Assembly: GCA_051008495.1 (NCBI GenBank)
Contig: JBPCXN010000127.1
Location: forward strand, 15,273-79,272
DNA length: 64,000 nt
Reading direction: 5' to 3'
Source of the DNA: Endozoicomonas sp.
GTDB lineage: Bacteria; Pseudomonadota; Gammaproteobacteria; Pseudomonadales; Endozoicomonadaceae
This document shows, piece after piece, positions 10,883 to 20,792 of this stretch (position 1 is its first letter; each line of letters begins with the position of its first letter). The position numbers and the translations under genes are program-made. Below the pieces are notes generated by a model. It was not told the origin of the DNA. It did not search any database and saw only the letters and a list, made by a program, of their open reading frames with translations.

Positions 10883-13156
10883 AAAACTGAAACGCTTGCT
10901 CTTGATACCAAGAACCTTGCCAAGTCCTTCCTGGCAGAGCGCCAGTTCAAGGGAACTGCGGATAACCTGGGAGTTGTCCAGGGTCATGACATCATCGAGT
11001 ATTTCGCGGGCACGATCCAGGGTGATACGCCGAAGGGCCCATTTCACCTTCAGCAGGTTAGTCGCGCTCATGGAGAGCATATCAAAACCCATGGCCATCA
11101 ATAGCACCGCGGCTACCGGATCGCCAGCCATCTCACCACAGATACCCACAGTTCTGCCTTCTGCGTGACTGTCTTCCACCACCTTTTTCAAAGCCTGCAG
11201 CACTGCAGGGTGGAATGAATGATAGAGTTCCGCCACCCTGGGGTTGTTACGGTCAACGGCCAGCAGGTATTGAGTGAGGTCATTGGAACCGATAGACAGG
11301 AAATCAACTCTGCGGGCCAGTTCACGCACCTGGTACACGGCTGCCGGCACCTCAATCATCACACCCACTGGCGGCATGACTACGAGAAGTCCTTCGGCAA
11401 GAACCTCTGCATGGGCTCGATGAATCAGATGCAGAGCCTCTTCCACTTCAAACACGCTGGTGATCATGGGCAGCATGATCCGGAGGTTATCGAGACCAAC
11501 GCTGGCCTTGAGCATGGCACGAACCTGTACCAGGAAGATTTCCGGGTGATCCAGGGTCACCCGAATACCGCGCCAGCCCAGAAAGGGGTTGTCTTCTTTT
11601 ATAGGAAAGTAAGAGAGTGACTTGTCCCCCCCCACATCCAGTGTCCGCATGGTGACCGGCCGGGGTGCAAAAGCTTCCAGCTGATGCCGGTAGATTTTTT
11701 CCTGCTCCGATTCACTGGGGAAGCGATCACGGATCATGAACGGGACTTCCGTCCTGAAAAGACCAACGCCTTCAGCACCACGATCCAGAGAACGTACTGT
11801 GTCGGTCATAAGACCGGTATTCACCCAGAGCGGTATACGGTAGTTGTCGGGCGTTTCACAGGCCAGCTCACTGATCGTTTCCAGGCCGGCGGTAAAGGCT
11901 TTCTCTTCTTCCACCACCACTTCGTAATGTTCAAGCAGTTCCGGGGAAGGAGAGGAGTAAACCAGGCCAAGGTTGCCATCAACAATCAGCTGTTTACCGG
12001 AGAGCTTGTGATAGGGCAGATCAACTGCACCCATGACGGTCGGGATACCCAGGGCCCGGGCAAGAATCGCGGCATGGGAATTACTGGAACCCTGAACTGA
12101 TACCAGCCCTTCAAGACGTTCGTGAGGAACTTCAGCCAGCATGACCGCCGTCAGCTCTTCACTGATCAGAACAGTGTTCTCAGGGTATTCAATGTTGTCG
12201 TGGTCTTCCTTCTGGAGATAGGAAAGTACCCGCCGACCAAGATCTTTTACATCAACAGCCCGCTCACGAAGATAAGCGTCGTCCATCATATCGAAATTGT
12301 GGACATGTTCTTCTATGACCTGCCTCAGGGCACCCGGCGCCCAGTTACCCTCAGTAATCCGCTGCCGAATTTCCTGTCCCAGGGCATTGTCGTCCAGCAT
12401 TCGCAGGTAGACGTCAAACAGAGCCTGTTCTTCCACCGGCAGACGGTCCGCCAGCCGGGCGGCTGTGGCCTTCATATCGGCACGCACAGCCTCCAGGGCC
12501 CTGCCGATGAGATCAAGTTCCTGCTTCAGATCCTTGCAGGGGCGATCAGGCACAGCGCTGAGATCGGCCGGTGGTACCACCACCACACCTTCACCAATGG
12601 CCACACCGGCAGAGCCGGGATTGCCCTGGAATCGAGCCGTCTTTACCGGACCATTGGCCGCTACGTGCAGAGAGCCTGTCGCCTCAGCATGAGCGATTAC
12701 CCCCGCCAGCTGAGCGGACATGGTAACAAGGAAGGCTTCTTCGTGCTCATCAAAGCGGCGCTGTTCTTTCTGCTGGACCACCATGACACCGAGGATGTGC
12801 CGGTGGTGAATAATGGGCACACCGAGAAAAGCGTGGAAGCGCTCTTCGCCAGTTTCTTTGATGTATTGGAATTTAGGGTGGGAGGAGGCCTCTTCCAGGT
12901 TGATAGGCTCTTCTCTAAGCCCTACCTGCCCCACCAGGCCTTCAGAGTAGCCGAGGGTGGTAACCCCGACAGCCGACTTGTTCAGGCCTTCGGAAGCCAT
13001 GAGTGTGTAGCAGTTGCTGTCCGGGTTGTAGAGATAGACCGAACAGACTTCGGTGGCCATGGCATGACGAACTCTGCGCACAATAATCTGCAGCGCCGTC
13101 TGGAGATCCGCGGCGGCACTGACTTCCTGAACAATTATGCGCAGGGTGTTTAGCAT
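10880..13156 (-). CDS. ptsP: Phosphoenolpyruvate-protein phosphotransferase EI-Ntr (GAF + EI)
   Basis: MLNTLRIIVQEV N-terminal GAF domain, GSSNSHAAILARALGIP phospho-His motif, GLFRTE, RTLDVGGDK, NPFLGWRGIR, MIEVP, SIGSNDLTQYLLAVDR; downstream of rppH. Confidence 0.97.
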   Translation of the reverse strand: MLNTLRIIVQEVSAAADLQTALQIIVRRVRHAMATEVCSVYLYNPDSNCYTLMASEGLNKSAVGVTTLGYSEGLVGQVGLREEPINLEEASSHPKFQYIKETGEERFHAFLGVPIIHHRHILGVMVVQQKEQRRFDEHEEAFLVTMSAQLAGVIAHAEATGSLHVAANGPVKTARFQGNPGSAGVAIGEGVVVVPPADLSAVPDRPCKDLKQELDLIGRALEAVRADMKATAARLADRLPVEEQALFDVYLRMLDDNALGQEIRQRITEGNWAPGALRQVIEEHVHNFDMMDDAYLRERAVDVKDLGRRVLSYLQKEDHDNIEYPENTVLISEELTAVMLAEVPHERLEGLVSVQGSSNSHAAILARALGIPTVMGAVDLPYHKLSGKQLIVDGNLGLVYSSPSPELLEHYEVVVEEEKAFTAGLETISELACETPDNYRIPLWVNTGLMTDTVRSLDRGAEGVGLFRTEVPFMIRDRFPSESEQEKIYRHQLEAFAPRPVTMRTLDVGGDKSLSYFPIKEDNPFLGWRGIRVTLDHPEIFLVQVRAMLKASVGLDNLRIMLPMITSVFEVEEALHLIHRAHAEVLAEGLLVVMPPVGVMIEVPAAVYQVRELARRVDFLSIGSNDLTQYLLAVDRNNPRVAELYHSFHPAVLQALKKVVEDSHAEGRTVGICGEMAGDPVAAVLLMAMGFDMLSMSATNLLKVKWALRRITLDRAREILDDVMTLDNSQVIRSSLELALCQEGLGKVLGIKSKRFSF

Positions 13157-13196
13157 GGCCGTCTCTAATCCGGTCTGTTTATGCAATGACACGCCT

Positions 13197-13363
13197 TAGG
13201 AGCCTGTCGGACTTATGCTTTCGAGTATAAATTTCAGTAGAGCGAGTCAAATTTTTCGATGGATTCGTGCGAATAGTTGACCTATTTAATCGAATTCATC
13301 GAAAAATTTGGCCGCTCTTTCTGGAATTTAGGCCGAAATAGCCTTAAGTCCGACAGGCTCCTA
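13197..13363. mobile_element. MITE copy B, inverted relative to copy A, between rppH and ptsP
   Basis: TAG-gagcctgtcggactta ... taagtccgacaggctc-CTA; reverse complement aligns with the copy A interior. Confidence 0.9.
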
Positions 13364-13410
13364 CAGGCCACAACCGGTAACGGCCTGCCCCATATACTGC
13401 CTGTCAGCGG

Positions 13411-13905
13411 TCACTTACAATCATTGGCCTGTAATCGTCCTACCCTGGGGGCCAGCTCACGCAAAGCCCTTCGGTACACTTCTCTTTTGAACGACACCAC
13501 CTGTCCCAGCGGGAACCAGTAACTGACCCAGCGCCAGCCATCAAATTCCGGCGAACCGGTATGATCCACGCTGACACAATCATCACTGCTGAGCAGTTGC
13601 AGCAGAAACCACTTCTGCTTTTGTCCAATGCAAAGCGGGTGCTGATCCCTGCGGATCAGGCGTCTGGGCAATCGATATCTTAGCCAGCCCCGGGTGCACG
13701 CAAGAACCTCCACATCATCCGGCTGGAGACCTATCTCTTCGTACAGCTCCCGGTACATGGCCTGCTCGGGAGTTTCCCCGTCGTTGATCCCACCCTGGGG
13801 AAACTGCCATGCGTCCTGTCTGATACGCCGCGCCCAAAGGACCTGACCGTGATGATTTGCAAGGATGATACCGACATTGGGTCTAAATCCATCTTTGTCA
13901 ATCAC
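13411..13905 (-). CDS. rppH: RNA pyrophosphohydrolase
   Basis: [23 protein letters not shown], Nudix box [28 protein letters not shown]. Confidence 0.98.
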   Translation of the reverse strand: MIDKDGFRPNVGIILANHHGQVLWARRIRQDAWQFPQGGINDGETPEQAMYRELYEEIGLQPDDVEVLACTRGWLRYRLPRRLIRRDQHPLCIGQKQKWFLLQLLSSDDCVSVDHTGSPEFDGWRWVSYWFPLGQVVSFKREVYRRALRELAPRVGRLQANDCK

Positions 13906-14126
13906 GCATGCGGCTACCTAAATTTAATTCATAACATGCATTGTTTCATAAACGGCGTCGGCACAGCAAACAGGATGCCACTTTCTTACCCTCTAAATGA
14001 ATTTTCTGACAGCCTTCACAACCCCTGCACTTACCCTGATAACATCGTTAGAATGTTCAGCAGTTTTCTTATACCTACATAGAAATAAAAAATCATTTCC
14101 AGCCAAGCAGTCTAGCAGGAGGCTCA

Positions 14127-14783
14127 GTGGCCCTCGCAATTTTTGATCTCGACAACACATTGATCGCTGGTGACAGCGATTATCTCTGGGGAGAATTCAT
14201 GGCCAGCGAGGGGATTGTCGATGCCGACAGTTTCCGCCAGCGAAACATGGAGTTTTATTATCAGTACGAAAGCGGTGAGCTCGATATCCATGAGTATCTT
14301 GCGTTCTGTCTTGAGCCGCTGACCCGCTATTCAATGGAACAACTGGACAGCTGGCATAACCGTTTCATGACGGAAATTATCCGGCCGATCATGCTGGACA
14401 AGGCGAAACAGCTTCTGGACAGACACCGGAAACAGGGTGATCACCTGATGATCATCACTGCCACCAACCGATTTGTCACCGAACCCATTGCAGAAGAATT
14501 TGGCGTCGACACCTTGCTGGCCATTGATGCAGAAATACAGGACGGCCGTTATACCGGCAGGGTCAGCGGCACGCCCACTTTCCGGGAAGGCAAGGTCATC
14601 AGGCTCAACCAGTGGCTGGAGAAAAATCCGGATTACTCACTGATCGGCAGTTACTTTTACAGCGATTCCAAAAACGACCTTCCCCTGCTGGAAAAAGTCG
14701 GCCACCCCTTTGCCGTGGACCCTGACCCGGAACTTGAGTCCACGGCAAAAGGACAGGGCTGGCCGGTAATCAGCCTGCGCTGA
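14127..14783 (+). CDS. HAD-IB family hydrolase (SerB-like)
   Basis: FDLDNTL motif I, IITATN motif [17 protein letters not shown] motif IV; divergent from rppH. Confidence 0.92.
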   Translation: MALAIFDLDNTLIAGDSDYLWGEFMASEGIVDADSFRQRNMEFYYQYESGELDIHEYLAFCLEPLTRYSMEQLDSWHNRFMTEIIRPIMLDKAKQLLDRHRKQGDHLMIITATNRFVTEPIAEEFGVDTLLAIDAEIQDGRYTGRVSGTPTFREGKVIRLNQWLEKNPDYSLIGSYFYSDSKNDLPLLEKVGHPFAVDPDPELESTAKGQGWPVISLR

Positions 14784-16191
14784 CGGCCTGTTCAGCAGGC
14801 ACGTCATGAACCGGGCAGAAACGTGCAGTGAAATGCCTCAGCATCGGGGGTTCATAAGTAAACTCGACACCCCTGATATTGTCTGCCCTGTTCCTGAGCG
14901 CAATGACAGCTTCGGCCACATAGTCCATGTGGTCATTGGTATAGACGCGCCGGGGGATAGTCAGTCTCAACAGCTCCAGGGGCGATGGCTTTTGCTGCCC
15001 GGACTCAGGATCTCTCCCGAGAAGCAATGAGCCGATCTCTACTCCCCTGACCCCGGCCTCAAGATACAACTCATTAGCCAGGGCGTGTCCTGGGAACTGG
15101 CTGGCCGGAATATGCGGCAGCAGCCGTCCGGCATCAATGAACACGGCATGCCCTCCCGCAGGATATTGAATAGGGATGCCGGCCTTTCTGAGAGACTCAC
15201 CAAGAGCAGCAACCTGGTTGATACGATAATCCAGAAAGTCCTCATCAACCGCTTCCCGCAAACCAATGGCCAACGCCTCCATGTCTCTGCCGGACATGCC
15301 GCCGTAGGTGATAAAACCTTCCATGGGCACACAGCGGGTCGCTACTTCACGGTACAGGGATTCATCATCACGGATGCAGCACAACCCTCCTATGTTCACC
15401 ATGGGATCTTTTTTGGCAGACAGTGTCAGCATATCGCCATGGCGGAACATCTCATGAACAATGTCTGTCAGAGGACTGTACCGGTAGTTTAAATCCCTCT
15501 GCTTGATAAACCAGGCATTCTCCGCAAACCGGGCTGAGTCCATGACCACCGGAATACCGTGCTCCCTAGCAATGGCACTGACCTGCCTTATGTTGTCCAT
15601 GGAAACCGGTTGTCCACCGGCACTGTTGCAGGTAATGGTGATGATGATCGCTGCGACCCTTTCCCTGCCGTACTGGTCAATGGAGTGTCGCAGCCTGTGC
15701 AGGTCAAAGTTGCCTTTCCAGTCGTCATAGACGCTTGTGGCAAAGGCTTTCTCCGTTATCAGGTTTACGGCCTGACCACCTGCCAACTCTACGTGGGCGG
15801 CGGTGGTATCGAAGTGGTAGTTGGAGAGAAACACTGGCTGGTCATGGTCGCACCGCTCAATCAACGCCGGAAACAGAATCTGCTCAGCACCCCGGCCCTG
15901 GTGGACAGGTATGACATGCTCATAACCGAACATCTCCCGGGCAGCCGCCTGCAGGTTTAGAAAGCTCTTACTGCCAGCATATGCTTCATCCCCCAGCATC
16001 AGCCCGGCCCACTGCCGGTCACTCATGGCGCCGGTGCCGGAATCGGTCAGCAGGTCAATATAGACATCCTCGCTCCTGAGAAGAAAAGGGTTAAATCCAG
16101 CCTCCTCGAGAGCAGCCTTGCGCTCCTCACGAGTGGTGACACGGATCGGCTCCACCATTTTTATACGAAAGGGTTCGGGCATTCTTTTCAT
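14770..16191 (-). CDS. tnaA: Tryptophanase
   Basis: [50 protein letters not shown] lysine [31 protein letters not shown]. Confidence 0.9.
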   Translation of the reverse strand: MKRMPEPFRIKMVEPIRVTTREERKAALEEAGFNPFLLRSEDVYIDLLTDSGTGAMSDRQWAGLMLGDEAYAGSKSFLNLQAAAREMFGYEHVIPVHQGRGAEQILFPALIERCDHDQPVFLSNYHFDTTAAHVELAGGQAVNLITEKAFATSVYDDWKGNFDLHRLRHSIDQYGRERVAAIIITITCNSAGGQPVSMDNIRQVSAIAREHGIPVVMDSARFAENAWFIKQRDLNYRYSPLTDIVHEMFRHGDMLTLSAKKDPMVNIGGLCCIRDDESLYREVATRCVPMEGFITYGGMSGRDMEALAIGLREAVDEDFLDYRINQVAALGESLRKAGIPIQYPAGGHAVFIDAGRLLPHIPASQFPGHALANELYLEAGVRGVEIGSLLLGRDPESGQQKPSPLELLRLTIPRRVYTNDHMDYVAEAVIALRNRADNIRGVEFTYEPPMLRHFTARFCPVHDVPAEQAVSAG

Positions 16192-16233
16192 GTTGTTTAT
16201 CCCATAAGAGACAAGTTTACACTGGCAGACGGG

Positions 16234-16350
16234 CTAACCCGGGATAGAGGGCGAGGAGTAGGGACGGCAGGCAAAATGACTGGCATCGCTGGAATACCAT
16301 TGACCCTGCCCCTGAAAGGGGACGATCAGATCATGGACGATGAATATCAT
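16234..16350 (-). CDS. Candidate TnaC-like leader peptide (38 aa)
   Basis: MIFIVHDLIVPFQGQGQWYSSDASHFACRPYSSPSIPG*; AGGA RBS; W-x3-D-x6-R-P spacing as in E. coli TnaC; followed by a C-rich tract. Confidence 0.5.
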   Translation of the reverse strand: MIFIVHDLIVPFQGQGQWYSSDASHFACRPYSSPSIPG

Positions 16351-16499
16351 GAATTCATCCTGTTTCAGAAAAGGCACAAGTTCTTCACGTTTCTCATTAC
16401 AGTCTATCCACAATTGAAACGATTGCCTGAAAAACCGTTTGCAACGGAACATTCAACGCGGGCAGGTTAAGATGTTCCCAGGAAATCAGCACCGACACA

Positions 16500-18122
16500 A
16501 TGATGCCAGAAACTGACCTTCGCACAGACCTGCCACCGGGGTATTACCTGGATAACTTTGAAAAGCTGCGAGCCTTTGTCCACCAGCAGTACGATGACCT
16601 CCTTTCTCCTGCAGAACATGCGTTCTTTCAGTCCTGGGAAAAACTTTCAGAAGATGCCCGTAAACTTTATGTCAGGCTGATCTCCCGGAAAAGCCCGGTG
16701 TTTCGCTCAGACAAATTCAATTATGAGGAAATCCAATCAATTCCGGCTGCCGCTGATGAGCTGGACAGGAATGGTTTTCTGACAATCAACCCTGAGCTTT
16801 CCCTGGCTGATCTCTGTCAGCTGGTCACCAAACCTGAGTTAACCGGACTCTTTAGTGAGCACCTGTCGTCTTCCAAAGCAACCAGGAAGGCCGATCTGGT
16901 AGCAATACTTGAGTCTCTTGATCTCCCCATACCCGGACTGCCCTTCACCACTTACAAACCACTGTGTTCAGATACGATTCAACGTTTGCTGTTTCTGTTC
17001 TTTGGCAATACCCGACAGGATCTTACCGAGTTCGTTCTGCAGGACCTGGGCCTGACGGTTTTTGAAAACTATTCGCTGAGCTCTACTGACAGGTTGTTCA
17101 AAAGCAGGCAGGAGCTTGAGCAGGGGCTGAGTGTTAGCCGGCTTTATTACCAGGCCCTGGATGCCGAATCAACAGAGCTGCTTCAGCTGGCGCAGCAGAT
17201 ACCAGCCGCACCAGAGCACCCTGTTCTCTACCGGCGTTATTGCAAGCTGATCAACCTTGTCGCCAGAGAGGCAGAACGGACAGGTCAGCTGGAAAAAGCC
17301 CTGCCGTTGTTTACCCTATCATCGTTGCCCCCAGCCAGGGAGCGGTGCGCCCGAATTCTTGAGAAACTGGGCAGAAAGGATCAGTCACTGGTTGTCTGTG
17401 AGCAGATTATTCAGGAGCCCGCCGGTGACCTGGAGCTGGCTTTCGCAGAGCGCTTCCGGAACCGGCTGACCAGACAGAAACGGGTTAAGGCACAGTCCAT
17501 TCCAGAAAATCGTATCTCTCTGCCTTTGTCTGAAGAGCGGGTGGAAGTGGCTGTCCAGCACTACTTTCTGCAGCAGGGACAGGAGTGTCACTATGTCGAA
17601 AATACGTTGATCCCCGGACTCACCGGTCTGGCCTTCTGGGATGTGATTTTTGCGCCAATAACCGGAGCCTTCTTCCACCCTTTTCAGAACAAACCTGCTG
17701 ACCTGTTAACCCCGGACTTTTACCAGAAGCGCAGTGGAATGATCAGCCAGCGTCTGACAGAGCTTGGTGAAACGTCGATGCTGCCGGGTCTGAAAAAGAC
17801 TTTCAGGGAAAAACAGGGCATTGCCAATTCACTGGTGAACTGGTCCCTGCTCTCAAAAGAACTGGTAGAACAGGCTGTCCGGCACATTCCGAAGGAACAT
17901 CTGCTCCTGATGATCAAAAAGCTAATGCAGGATATCACTCATAACCGCAATGGCTTTCCGGATCTCATTCTGTTTGATCCGTCTGGCGGGGCGTATCGCT
18001 GGGTAGAAGTCAAAGGACCGAGTGACCGGCTGCAGGAAAACCAGAAACGATGGTTCCAATTTTTTCTGACGCACGGCATGCCCTGTGAGGTGGTTCATGT
18101 CGAGTGGTTGATCAGAAAATAG
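16500..18122 (+). CDS. FAN1-like VRR-NUC structure-specific nuclease
   Basis: YYLDNF, LYVRLISRK, F.FFGN..QDLTEFVLQDLG, C-terminal GFPDL...VEVKGPSDRLQENQKRW PD-(D/E)xK core. Confidence 0.9.
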   Translation: MMPETDLRTDLPPGYYLDNFEKLRAFVHQQYDDLLSPAEHAFFQSWEKLSEDARKLYVRLISRKSPVFRSDKFNYEEIQSIPAAADELDRNGFLTINPELSLADLCQLVTKPELTGLFSEHLSSSKATRKADLVAILESLDLPIPGLPFTTYKPLCSDTIQRLLFLFFGNTRQDLTEFVLQDLGLTVFENYSLSSTDRLFKSRQELEQGLSVSRLYYQALDAESTELLQLAQQIPAAPEHPVLYRRYCKLINLVAREAERTGQLEKALPLFTLSSLPPARERCARILEKLGRKDQSLVVCEQIIQEPAGDLELAFAERFRNRLTRQKRVKAQSIPENRISLPLSEERVEVAVQHYFLQQGQECHYVENTLIPGLTGLAFWDVIFAPITGAFFHPFQNKPADLLTPDFYQKRSGMISQRLTELGETSMLPGLKKTFREKQGIANSLVNWSLLSKELVEQAVRHIPKEHLLLMIKKLMQDITHNRNGFPDLILFDPSGGAYRWVEVKGPSDRLQENQKRWFQFFLTHGMPCEVVHVEWLIRK

Positions 18123-18162
18123 CGTCTATTCTTGCCCTAAGCTCACTTCTATTGTTACTCAT

Positions 18163-19233
18163 ATGTACCCTCTGGCAAGATTTTGTGTCGCGTTGCTCAC
18201 CTTTTTAAGCCTCTCGGTCTCTGCGGGTATGGATGAGAAAAACAGAAAGACATTTCCATTTCTGGCAGGAGCTGTAGATGCTTTTGAAGGTCAACAGCAT
18301 CTGGAAGTTGCTAACTGGGAAAGCGTGAATGATCTATTGACGACTAACCAAAATACCGCCCAATGGCTTAATACCATACAAACCTGGCAAGAAATACAAA
18401 GCTGGGACGGACTTATCCATACGGGACATTTACAAGCTGCGGCTGTCTGGCTGCTACCTGATATGAATATATGGCACACTCTGAATAATGGGCAGTTCCA
18501 TGACTTTTTGCTGTTGATCATTTATTGCCATGCCTACAGAGCGTTTGAACGCATTAATGTTTTACTCCTGTTACAATTATTGGTTCAGGATTCACAGGAA
18601 TCCAGTTTCAGCAATTCACTGCAGCTCCTCCTTATTCATGCACCTGAGACAGCCCAGGCTGTTCTAACCAATCTGGAGAATATTAAAGACAGTTCTGCAC
18701 AGTCCCTGAGTTTTTTCACACACCTTGTGCGATTCAACAGACTGGAAGCGTTGTTAAAAAGATTGCAGGATTCTGGCTACAATGCGTTAAAACACATCCT
18801 CCTAAAATGGTTGTTTAAAAAAAGCAAGGAAACTAGCTCACTTGAAGCAGCCCAATTAACCATTAATTGGTTAAACAGCCTTAACCAGAATAACTCCGGG
18901 CTTCTCTTGACGCTGAACCAACTCCCTGAAGAGCAGATACTGCAGGCTCTGGATACTCACCAGACCCCTGGCTTTTCTGTAAATGATCCGGAGGGTAATG
19001 TCGCCCCCCCTGAAGTGATCGTCCCCACGGGAGGGATTGTTATCGACGGTGGCAGCAACAACGAACAGCACCCATCGCTGGGCTCCGGGTTTAATCTTGA
19101 TGAGATAGAAGAAGCGCTCGCTGAGGCATTACAAGAGACAGCAGAGGATCCGCCAATTGCCGCCACCTTTCATTCACCATTTGATGCTGAGGTGGAGGAA
19201 TTCCAAGTGATCACCCCTGCGGATTGCTGGTAA
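18163..19233 (+). CDS. Exported hypothetical protein with acidic C-terminal tail
   Basis: 356-aa ORF; signal-peptide-like N-terminus (LLTFLSLSVSA), Leu-rich helical body, D/E/P-rich tail; no recognised family. Confidence 0.65.
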   Translation: MYPLARFCVALLTFLSLSVSAGMDEKNRKTFPFLAGAVDAFEGQQHLEVANWESVNDLLTTNQNTAQWLNTIQTWQEIQSWDGLIHTGHLQAAAVWLLPDMNIWHTLNNGQFHDFLLLIIYCHAYRAFERINVLLLLQLLVQDSQESSFSNSLQLLLIHAPETAQAVLTNLENIKDSSAQSLSFFTHLVRFNRLEALLKRLQDSGYNALKHILLKWLFKKSKETSSLEAAQLTINWLNSLNQNNSGLLLTLNQLPEEQILQALDTHQTPGFSVNDPEGNVAPPEVIVPTGGIVIDGGSNNEQHPSLGSGFNLDEIEEALAEALQETAEDPPIAATFHSPFDAEVEEFQVITPADCW

Positions 19234-19278
19234 CTGTGACTGTCTGTCGGCAAATATACGTTTAACGATCAGATTGCC

Positions 19279-19737
19279 TCAGTCTTTGCCCTCCAGAATC
19301 CTGCTCATCACAACCTTGTCAATGCCACTGATACCATCGGTGTATTCCCGCTCTACGGAATAACCCCGACCTTTATAGAACTGGATAGTCTGTTTGTCCG
19401 GCACATAGCATTCAACAGAGATACGCGGGTACCCTTCGCTGACCTGCTGCTCCACGGCATCCATCAGTTCCCGACCAATACCCTGGTTGCGAAATTCCAT
19501 ACCGATCCAGGTAACGTCTATTTTCCCGTCCCTGAGGGAAGCGAAGCCCGCCAGCCTGTCATCCAGCTGGGCCACCAGCATGGCTGGCCAGTTGCCGCGG
19601 ATATACTTGTCGATCTCGTTTTCACCGGACCACCTGTGGGCTCTGTCGCCGAAGGTCACTTTCAGGGACTCACGGCAGAGTCCTGCCAATGGTTCCATGT
19701 CGTATTCCCTGGCCTTGCGAATAACAATACTGCTCAC
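19279..19737 (-). CDS. GNAT family N-acetyltransferase
   Basis: FRNQGIGRELM acetyl-CoA motif A; IQFYKGRGY motif B. Confidence 0.88.
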   Translation of the reverse strand: MSSIVIRKAREYDMEPLAGLCRESLKVTFGDRAHRWSGENEIDKYIRGNWPAMLVAQLDDRLAGFASLRDGKIDVTWIGMEFRNQGIGRELMDAVEQQVSEGYPRISVECYVPDKQTIQFYKGRGYSVEREYTDGISGIDKVVMSRILEGKD

Positions 19738-19978
19738 TGGAGAAGACCTTAGCTAGAGAGGGGGGAGAAATCCGGAAGCGGAAAGACAAACCACAAGCCG
19801 GTCAGAAACTGCCTGGAGTTTGCACTAGTTACTATGTATGGCTGGTTGAGAAGGCTTTCAATGGCCAGCTGCCTGAATCAGCGAAATAAAGAAAATTCTA
19901 TCCTTTGCCGACAAAAGACCGAATTAAACACTATGGTGCGCTTTTTTCGCAGAATGTTCCGGAGAAAGGAAGGAATTC

Positions 19979-20791
19979 ATGATCAAGCTGACCAGCGATG
20001 ACTTCAAAGCCTTTGAACATGATGGTTATCTGGTGGTTCCCAACGTCATCCCGGCGGATCTATGCACGGCAGCCTCTGAGGTTATCAGCCGTTTTCTCGA
20101 TATTGACCTGGATAATCCCAACACCTGGTACGGAAAGGAGCTGGGCAGAAACGGCATAGTGCCGGTCCATCAGCACCAGGCCGTCTGGAACACCCGCCAG
20201 CATCCCAATGTTCATTCCCTGTTCGCACAGATTTTCGGTCAGGAAAACCTCTGGGTCAGGCTGGACCGCCTTTCCTTCAAGCCGCCCAGCCGGGAGGCTG
20301 AGTCTGAAGAGTCAGCAAACAGTTACATCCATGTGGACGCAGCACCGGCCACACTGAAAACACTTCGACTGCAGGGCATCCTTTACCTGAATGATACAGC
20401 GGAAAACCAGGGAGCTTTCTGCTGTGTCCCGAGTCTTTTCAGGGAAAAAAGCCTGCTTGAACAAAAGCGAGGCCTGGTTTTCAGTGCCGAAGATCTGGCT
20501 GACCATGACATCCTCAATATTCCCGGCCAGGCAGGCACAATGATTATCTGGAACTCCCTGCTGCCCCATTCCGGCGCCATCAATACTTCCGACCAGCCAC
20601 GACTGGCCCAGTACATTTCAATGATGCCGGAGGAAACGGAAGAAGATCGAGAAATTCGTATCCAACTTTGGAAAAACAGGCAGGCGCCAGAGAGATGGCG
20701 CGGGCTTCCCTCCCAGCAGGACCCGGAACCGGGAGAACCTGCGCAACTGACGAAGCTCGGTCGTAAGCTTTTGGGACTGGATAGCTGGTAG
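19979..20791 (+). CDS. Phytanoyl-CoA dioxygenase family Fe(II)/2OG oxygenase
   Basis: FEHDGYLVVPNVI, HVD facial-triad motif, LQGILYLND, GTMIIWNSLLPHS, RLAQYI. Confidence 0.88.
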   Translation: MIKLTSDDFKAFEHDGYLVVPNVIPADLCTAASEVISRFLDIDLDNPNTWYGKELGRNGIVPVHQHQAVWNTRQHPNVHSLFAQIFGQENLWVRLDRLSFKPPSREAESEESANSYIHVDAAPATLKTLRLQGILYLNDTAENQGAFCCVPSLFREKSLLEQKRGLVFSAEDLADHDILNIPGQAGTMIIWNSLLPHSGAINTSDQPRLAQYISMMPEETEEDREIRIQLWKNRQAPERWRGLPSQQDPEPGEPAQLTKLGRKLLGLDSW

Positions 20792-20792
20792 A

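Noticed and set aside
13277-13522. 81-aa ORF MTYLIEFIEKFGRSFWNLGRNSLKSDRLL...
   Set aside because: Starts inside MITE copy B and runs antisense into rppH; a repeat-derived artefact.
16234-16452. 72-aa version of the tnaA leader ORF
   Set aside because: The internal ATG at 16350 has an RBS and gives a TnaC-like length; the upstream extension has no support.
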